From an uncultured Acidobacteriota bacterium (GTDB taxonomy: Bacteria > Acidobacteriota > UBA6911 > RPQK01): DNA of 64,000 bases. The stretch lies in contig CAYQYP010000368.1 of assembly GCA_964421755.1 (NCBI GenBank), positions 39,352 to 103,351 of the forward strand. The letters run 5' to 3'. The translations under genes and the position numbers were made by a program. The notes beneath the pieces are model-generated. The model was not told the DNA's origin. It was given only the letters and a program-made list of their open reading frames with translations, and did no database searches. Shown piece by piece: positions 57,871 through 64,000 of this stretch (positions within the stretch are counted from its first letter, which is position 1; each line of letters starts with the position of its first letter).

Positions 57871-60800
57871 ATGTACCGCAGTTCTATTCGACCCTGGGAC
57901 TATCTGATCGTGACCGCCTCAAACCGGCAGCAGGCTCTCGCCTACGAGCGGCAGCTGGAACTGCGCACCCGACTCGGATACCTGACCGACGTCCGGCGGA
58001 GCCTCGTCGTCGCCGATCCCGACGGCAAGCGGATCGGCAGCGGAGGAAGTACCCTCTACTCCCTGCTTGCCGTCCTGAACCAGGAATTGAGCCAAATCAC
58101 CGGCGACCGCCTGAATCCCAACCTGTGGGAGCAGGTATTCAGAAAACTGAGAATCCTCATTGTCCACGCCGGGGGGGACTCGAGGCGGCTGCCCGCCTAT
58201 GCCCCTTGCGGAAAGCTTTTCATTCCGGTTCCCGGAGATAACGACGGGGCGCTCACAACCACGCTGTTCGACCGCCAGATCGCTACCTACCTCGGGTTGC
58301 CCGGACCGGCAGACGACGCAGGTCAGATCGTGGTGACGGCCGGGGACGTACTGCTCACCTTCGATCCATCTCAGGTCTGCTTTGCTCCCGCAGGGGTGAC
58401 CGGACTCGGCTGCCACTCTTCGCCGGAAGAGGCCTCGAGGCACGGAGTTTACTGTGTCGGATCGGGCGGCGCGGTCCGCCTCTACCTGCAGAAACCGTCC
58501 GAAAGCCAACAGAGAGCGGTGAATGCGATCGACCGCTACGGGCGAAGCGTCCTCGATATTGGAGTTCTGAACTTCGACAGCGGGACCGCCGCGCGGCTCC
58601 TGGCGCTTTTCGAGATAGAGGTGAGCGGGGCGAACGAGCTCCAGTGGAGCCAGACCATCGATGATCTCCTCAAGGCACGGGGGCTCGATGTTTACCGGGA
58701 AGTGTGCTGCGCGATGGGTAGCGGCGTCGACTTTGACCGTTACCTGCAGTCGGCCGTGGAGAGCGGCTCGATCCTTGGCAAGAGTTTCCTCTCACGTCTG
58801 TTCGAAGGCCTCTCGATAGTCCCCTTCCATGCTCAGACGATCGAACGCTGCGGCTTTCTGCATTTCGGGACGACGCGCCACATCATTGAGAGCGGCGCGG
58901 AGCTGGCCCGCCGAGACCGTGGGCTGTCGAGGCTGAATGAACCCCTGACGGTCAATACGGTTTTCTTCGAGGGCGGAGGCGTCCTCGGCGCCGACTCGTG
59001 GATCGAAGGTTGCCGAGTGCACTCGCCGGTGCAACTGGGGGGAGCGAACATCGTCGTGGGCGCGGACATCGAGAGACCGCTCGAACTCGGGGTGGGTGAC
59101 TGCCTGGACGTTGTAGAGGGGCAAGACCGTTTGGGTCACCGAGTTTTCTTCAATCGGCTGTACGCGGTCTCGGACAGCTTCAAGGGCACCTCTGCAGAGA
59201 CGCGCTTTTGCGGGCAGCCTCTTCGGAACTGGATCCAGGCGATGGGCGCCCGGGACGAGCAGATCTGGCCAGCCGAGGTGTCGCCTGAAGCGCGCAGTAT
59301 CTGGAATGCGAGGTTATTTGTAGCGACGGCGGAGCCCTCCGGCTTCTTCGAATGGCTCTGGCTCTTCAAGCCTGAAGATGCAGGGGACTCCGACCGCAAG
59401 CGCTACCTGGACGCCGACCGGTACAGTCTGAGCGAGATGGGGAACCTTGCGGATTTTGAAGCATTCTACCGACGCCGCGCCGAGATCCGCGCGACCGAAA
59501 TCGGGCAGTCTCTATCCGCAATCTTCCGACCGGACAGTCGCTTCTCGGCCTCCGAGCTGGCCTGGATACTCGAGCGCTCCGACCAGCCGGACAGGCTGAT
59601 CCAAGGACTGATTGCCGAGGCGCGATGGCATGCCGGATCGTGCGCCGAAGCCGGCATGCAGATCTTCACGCTTTCCCGGTTGGTCCATTCCCTGGGCACC
59701 GCTGTCGCCTTGCTTGGGGAAACGAACAACGAGATGGCCGAGCGACTCGTCGGCGCGCTTCAGACGAGCCTGGGAACTGAAGACCGCGAATGGCTGGCAT
59801 CCCAGCAACTCTGCCCTGAAGCCCGGAATTCCGGCAAATGGAGGGATCAGGCGCAGGACTTCGCCTTCGACCAGCTCGGGTGCGCCATCCTCGACAGCGC
59901 GTCGACAGAGTTGCAGGATCCGCCCCGCAATGCCCTGCGACCCGACGAAATCGTCTGGGGACGGGCACCGGCCAGGCTCGATCTGGGAGGCGGCTGGACC
60001 GACACTCCTCCGTATTCGCTGGAATTCGGCGGGAGCGTGATCAACGCAGCCGTGAACCTCAATGGACAGCCACCTATCCAATGCTACGCGCGGGTGACGG
60101 AAGACCGGGTGATTCGTATCGGCTCGATCGATCAGGGCACAAGGATCCAAATCGCCGATTTCGACTCGTTGCTCGACTATCGGCAGGCAACGAGCGAGTT
60201 CGGGCTTGCCAAAGCTGCCCTGGCCCTCTCCGGCTTTTGTCCGGCCGTAACCCGAGCGAATCGGCCGGCGACCCTCGGGGCATTGCTTGACCGGTTTGGA
60301 GGCGGAGTCGAGCTCACTACTTTGGCTGCGATCCCAAAGGGGAGCGGGCTCGGAACATCAAGCATCATGGGCGCGGTGGTCTTGTCCGTGATCGCAAGAA
60401 TGCTCGGGCGAACCCTGTCTCAACGAGACCTCTTCCACGCGGTTCTCCGGCTGGAGCAGGCGCTCACGACCGGCGGCGGCTGGCAAGACCAGATCGGGGG
60501 AGCAGTGGATGGCGTCAAGGTCATCAGCTGCGCGCCGGGACTTATCCCCGACCCGCGTATTCATTACGTCCCTGCGGATGTCCTGGACCCGCGCTCCAAC
60601 CGAGGGACGACGCTGCTGTTCTACACGGGGATCACTCGATTGGCAAAGAACATCCTGCGTGACGTGGTCGGCCGGTATCTCGACAGGGACCGCACCGCCC
60701 TCGCGACTCTCCGGCAGCTCCACGGGCTACCTCCCTTGGTTGCGGACACGATGGCCCGAAAAGATCTGCCCGCGTTCGGCCGGATGATTGACACCGCCTG

Positions 60801-61053
60801 GCGGCTGAACAAACAGCTCGACCCGCACTCCAGCAACGAGAAGATCGAAAGCCTGCTTCAGACGCTGGCACCGCACTTGCACGGGGCTAAGCTCCTGGGT
60901 GCAGGCGGGGGCGGATTCCTGCTCATGGTCTGCAAATCCCCGGAGGCCGCCGCAGAGGTCCGGGCGCTCCTGACATCGGCTCCCCCCAATCCCCGCTCGC
61001 GCTTTTTCGATTTCGACGTGAGCGCGGAGGGTTTGGTTGTCAGCGTCTGCTGA
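57871..61053 (+). CDS. fkp: Bifunctional L-fucokinase / fucose-1-phosphate guanylyltransferase
   Basis: N-terminal DPDGKRIGSGG.T and HAGGDSRRLP..APCGK; C-terminal PARLDLGGGWTDTPP, PKGSGLGTSS, TTGGGWQDQ, GAKLLGAGGGG. Confidence 0.88.
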   Translation: MYRSSIRPWDYLIVTASNRQQALAYERQLELRTRLGYLTDVRRSLVVADPDGKRIGSGGSTLYSLLAVLNQELSQITGDRLNPNLWEQVFRKLRILIVHAGGDSRRLPAYAPCGKLFIPVPGDNDGALTTTLFDRQIATYLGLPGPADDAGQIVVTAGDVLLTFDPSQVCFAPAGVTGLGCHSSPEEASRHGVYCVGSGGAVRLYLQKPSESQQRAVNAIDRYGRSVLDIGVLNFDSGTAARLLALFEIEVSGANELQWSQTIDDLLKARGLDVYREVCCAMGSGVDFDRYLQSAVESGSILGKSFLSRLFEGLSIVPFHAQTIERCGFLHFGTTRHIIESGAELARRDRGLSRLNEPLTVNTVFFEGGGVLGADSWIEGCRVHSPVQLGGANIVVGADIERPLELGVGDCLDVVEGQDRLGHRVFFNRLYAVSDSFKGTSAETRFCGQPLRNWIQAMGARDEQIWPAEVSPEARSIWNARLFVATAEPSGFFEWLWLFKPEDAGDSDRKRYLDADRYSLSEMGNLADFEAFYRRRAEIRATEIGQSLSAIFRPDSRFSASELAWILERSDQPDRLIQGLIAEARWHAGSCAEAGMQIFTLSRLVHSLGTAVALLGETNNEMAERLVGALQTSLGTEDREWLASQQLCPEARNSGKWRDQAQDFAFDQLGCAILDSASTELQDPPRNALRPDEIVWGRAPARLDLGGGWTDTPPYSLEFGGSVINAAVNLNGQPPIQCYARVTEDRVIRIGSIDQGTRIQIADFDSLLDYRQATSEFGLAKAALALSGFCPAVTRANRPATLGALLDRFGGGVELTTLAAIPKGSGLGTSSIMGAVVLSVIARMLGRTLSQRDLFHAVLRLEQALTTGGGWQDQIGGAVDGVKVISCAPGLIPDPRIHYVPADVLDPRSNRGTTLLFYTGITRLAKNILRDVVGRYLDRDRTALATLRQLHGLPPLVADTMARKDLPAFGRMIDTAWRLNKQLDPHSSNEKIESLLQTLAPHLHGAKLLGAGGGGFLLMVCKSPEAAAEVRALLTSAPPNPRSRFFDFDVSAEGLVVSVC

Positions 61054-61116
61054 GGCACGCGCATCGCGAAGCGAGCGAAAAAATGGGGCAGGATGAACAG
61101 GTTGCCGAGCGGCACG

Positions 61117-61241
61117 GAACCGCAAACGCAGCGTCTTTCGCGGAGTGCGCGGATCGTCACCGGTAGCAACCAGCAAGCGGGTTTGACGGCGGGCGCGGTG
61201 ACAATCCGCGCACTTCGCACAAAACGCTCCGTTTGCGGTTC
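61117..61241. repeat. Imperfect 45-bp inverted-repeat element related to 35938-36059
   Basis: Arms 61117-61161 and 61197-61241; shared core CCGC..ACGCAGCGT.TT.C.GCGGAGT..GCGG. Confidence 0.75.
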
Positions 61242-61319
61242 TGTTCTGCCCGGTAGGCCCTTTGTCTTTCCCCCGACGGTGATAACCAATCGGGAATTAA
61301 GTATCATGTGCCGGTAACT

Positions 61320-62465
61320 ATGGCAAAGCAGTCAAGCAGCACAAGCCCCCGTACCAAGCTGGCAAAGGCCCGACGGGTCGTCGTCAAAGTCGGCTCGGGG
61401 GTACTCACGGGAGCCGATCAGCGGCTCAACCAGGAGCGGATTCGCTCCCTGGTAGGAGGTCTCGCCTGGCTCAAGCGGCGCGGCACGGAGGTCGTGCTGG
61501 TCACCTCTGGAGCGGTAGCGACCGGGGCTCCGGTGATGGGACTTGCCGGCCGCGCGAAGACAATCCCGCAGAAACAGGCATGTGCGGCCATCGGGCAAGT
61601 GCTTCTGATGGCTCACTACGAGCAGATGCTTTCGGAACACGGGTACCACAGTGCACAGATCCTGCTAACCCAGGAGGACGTCCGCAGCCGCGAACGGTAC
61701 CTGAATGCCCGCAATACATTCGAGACCCTTCTCGCTTCGGAGCTCATTCCAATCGTGAATGAGAACGACACCGTGGCGGTCAGTGAGATCAAGTTCGGGG
61801 ATAACGACAATTTGTGCGCCGAAGTGGCTGCGCTGATCAGGGCGCATCTCCTGCTCGTTCTTTCCACGGTCGACGGCTTGTACGAAAGCTTCGGGAGCGG
61901 CGGAAAGCCCATTCCCCTGGTTGAGAAGATCGGCCAGGCGCACTTTGACCTGGCTCAAGACCAGCTTAAGGCGACCAGTATCAGCACCGGCGGGATGAAA
62001 TCGAAGCTGATGGCCATGCGGAAGGCGACACAGTACGGGATTCCCGGAGTGCTTGCCGGCGGGCTGAAAGAAGAGATCATCCAGAGAGTCATCCTGGGCG
62101 AGGAAGAAGGGACGCTGTTTCTCCCGAGCGAGGACCGCCTGTCGGCGCGGGAATACTGGATTCTGCACACGCTCAGCCCGAAGGGCGCTATTCTGGTCGA
62201 CGCGGGGGCCGTTGAGGCGATTCGGGCGCGCGGAAGGAGCCTTCTTCCCATTGGAGTCCGCGCCGTCGAGGGCACTTTCCGGTCCGGGCAGCCTGTTCGG
62301 ATCGTTGGGCCGGAGGGAGAGGAAATCGCGCGAGGCATCAGCTACTACAGTTCCTCCGAAGTAAGCTCGATCCTGGGATGCCGAACCGATGAGATCGAGT
62401 CCCGGCTCGGTTACAGGTACTACGATGAAGTCGTGCACCGCGATAACCTTGTTCTCGTAAAATAA
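61320..62465 (+). CDS. proB: Glutamate 5-kinase with PUA domain
   Basis: VVKVGS, SGAVA, NENDTV, FGDND, TGGMKSK, VHRDNLV. Confidence 0.97.
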   Translation: MAKQSSSTSPRTKLAKARRVVVKVGSGVLTGADQRLNQERIRSLVGGLAWLKRRGTEVVLVTSGAVATGAPVMGLAGRAKTIPQKQACAAIGQVLLMAHYEQMLSEHGYHSAQILLTQEDVRSRERYLNARNTFETLLASELIPIVNENDTVAVSEIKFGDNDNLCAEVAALIRAHLLLVLSTVDGLYESFGSGGKPIPLVEKIGQAHFDLAQDQLKATSISTGGMKSKLMAMRKATQYGIPGVLAGGLKEEIIQRVILGEEEGTLFLPSEDRLSAREYWILHTLSPKGAILVDAGAVEAIRARGRSLLPIGVRAVEGTFRSGQPVRIVGPEGEEIARGISYYSSSEVSSILGCRTDEIESRLGYRYYDEVVHRDNLVLVK

Positions 62466-62476
62466 CGTATAACACC

Positions 62477-63742
62477 ATGTCTCAAACTACTCACGACTCG
62501 GTCGTCGACATGTGCCGGCGGGCTCGGGCCGCTTCCAGAAAGCTCTCTACACTGGACGCCAACACCAAGAACCGCGTGCTGACGGAAATCGCTCAACTTC
62601 TGTCAGTAAGAGAAGTGCAGGATGAACTGCTTGCGGCCAATGAACTGGATTTGGAGGCCGGAAGGCAGAAGGGACTGAGCAAGGCTATGCTCGACCGCCT
62701 GGCCCTGGACGGCAAGCGAATAGCCGGAATGGTCCGAAGTATCGAAGAGGTGACGCTCCTTCCAGATCCTGTCGGTATCGTTACGAGGATGTGGACCCGT
62801 CCGAATGGGTTGAAGGTGGGCAAGCGAACCATCCCACTGGGTGTCATCGGAATCGTATACGAGGCGCGACCCAACGTAACAATTGACGCTTTCGCTCTTT
62901 GCTTCAAAGCCGGCAACGCGACGGTTCTCAAGGGCGGCTCGGAAGCCCTGAATTCGAACCGGTGCCTGGTCGGCGTTCTCCGAAGAATACTCGACCTCGA
63001 ATTGCTCTCGGACGTCTGCCAACTGATCGACACGGCGGACAGGGAGGCCGTGCTTGCTCTACTGCAGCAGGAAGAGTACGTTGATCTGGTAATTCCGCGG
63101 GGAGGCGAAGGACTCATCCGTTTCGTCGCTCAAAACAGCCGCATTCCTGTGATCAAGCACTATAAAGGCGTCTGTCACATCTATGTCGCGGCCGACGCGC
63201 AAATACCAATGGCCCTTCAGATCGTGGAGAACGCTAAATTGTCCCGCCCTGGCGTGTGCAATGCCCTCGAAACACTGCTTGTCGACCACAAGATCGCCGA
63301 CCGCTTCCTGCCTGAATTCGCCCGGCTTATGAGCGAAAAAGGGGTCGAGATCAGGGGAGATGACGAGACCCGGCGAAGCGTGCCCGATGCAAAACCGGTG
63401 ACCGAGGACGACTACTACGCGGAATTCCTCGACCTGATCCTGGCGGTAAGGGTGGTAGACGGCTTGGATCAGGCGATTGATCACATTCACAAGTACGGCT
63501 CTTCTCACACCGAGGCCATCGTGACCCAGAGCTACGAGCAGGCTTGCCAATTCGTGGACCGCGTCAATTCGTCCGTCGTCATGGTGAATGCGTCGACCCG
63601 TTTTTCGGACGGGGGCGAACTTGGACTCGGGGCAGAGATCGGCATCAGCACCACTCGTCTTCACGCGTACGGGCCGATGGGACTGGAAAGCCTGGTAACC
63701 GAGAAGTTTATCGTTTACGGCAGCGGGCAGGTACGCGGCTAG
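62477..63742 (+). CDS. proA: Gamma-glutamyl phosphate reductase
   Basis: PLGVIGIVYEARPNVT, IPRGGEGL, GVCNALETLL, NASTRF.DG..LG.GAEIGIST. Confidence 0.98.
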   Translation: MSQTTHDSVVDMCRRARAASRKLSTLDANTKNRVLTEIAQLLSVREVQDELLAANELDLEAGRQKGLSKAMLDRLALDGKRIAGMVRSIEEVTLLPDPVGIVTRMWTRPNGLKVGKRTIPLGVIGIVYEARPNVTIDAFALCFKAGNATVLKGGSEALNSNRCLVGVLRRILDLELLSDVCQLIDTADREAVLALLQQEEYVDLVIPRGGEGLIRFVAQNSRIPVIKHYKGVCHIYVAADAQIPMALQIVENAKLSRPGVCNALETLLVDHKIADRFLPEFARLMSEKGVEIRGDDETRRSVPDAKPVTEDDYYAEFLDLILAVRVVDGLDQAIDHIHKYGSSHTEAIVTQSYEQACQFVDRVNSSVVMVNASTRFSDGGELGLGAEIGISTTRLHAYGPMGLESLVTEKFIVYGSGQVRG

Positions 63743-63754
63743 GGAGATCGGGGA

Positions 63755-63835
63755 TTTCGGGGACATGATACCTAATTCCCTCACCGCCGGCGGGACCTTG
63801 CGGAAGCGAAGGAATTAAGTCTCGTGTCCCCGAAA
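63755..63835. repeat. 25-bp imperfect inverted-repeat element after proA
   Basis: Arms 63755-63779 and 63811-63835 match at 22 of 25 positions. Confidence 0.7.
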
Positions 63836-63875
63836 CCTGCTCACGACGCCGCGATCTCACAAGAGGACTCTGCCG

Positions 63876-64000
63876 ATGGAAGCTGGTATCAAAGAGCGGG
63901 AGCACCTGGCACGGTACGCCTGGCTTTCCGTCGGCGCCGCCATCTCGACAATCCTTCTCAAAACCGCCGCATACTGGGCCACTCAATCGGTCGGGCTCCT
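63876..64000 (+). CDS. Cation diffusion facilitator (FieF-like) transporter, N-terminus only
   Basis: GAGG RBS; LARYAWLSVGAAISTILLKTAAYWATQSVGLL matches the first CDF TM region; runs off the window. Confidence 0.7.
   Translation, partial: MEAGIKEREHLARYAWLSVGAAISTILLKTAAYWATQSVGL

Noticed and set aside
1-64000. rRNA, tRNA (including tRNA-Sec), prophage, IS or RAYT genes
   Set aside because: No recognisable cloverleaf, rRNA, integrase, capsid or transposase motifs were seen by eye.

Overview
A 64-kb GC-rich, gene-dense chromosomal segment from a diderm bacterium. The gene content suggests Acidobacteriota, but this is inference only. Housekeeping and envelope genes dominate: tamB-Omp85-SurA-like, dtd, lexA, two ECF sigma/anti-sigma modules, an acyl-CoA mutase pair, a rimO-yacG-pgpA-cinA-thpR-Trm112-GT9-hldA run, moxR-DUF58-transglutaminase, lgt, ruvAB, purFMN, rlmD and proBA. 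No rRNA, tRNA, CRISPR array or transposase was found. Highlights: (1) a secreted UxxC thioredoxin-fold selenoprotein that the ORF track splits at an in-frame TGA, followed by a SECIS-like hairpin; (2) a sugar locus in which 3-ketoglycoside-pathway-like enzymes are co-oriented with a GalU-like nucleotidyltransferase and a plant-type glucuronokinase-like kinase, divergent from a plant-type fucokinase/fucose-1-P guanylyltransferase; (3) a phased direct-repeat operator over the lexA promoter, plus an uncalled 59-aa ORF downstream of lexA; (4) isobutyryl-CoA-mutase-type specificity residues in the mutase; (5) several families of intergenic REP/REPIN-like and 7/8/9-mer inverted tandem repeats; (6) repeated leaderless promoter layouts. 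All family assignments come from motifs read by eye and recalled family knowledge, not from database searches.
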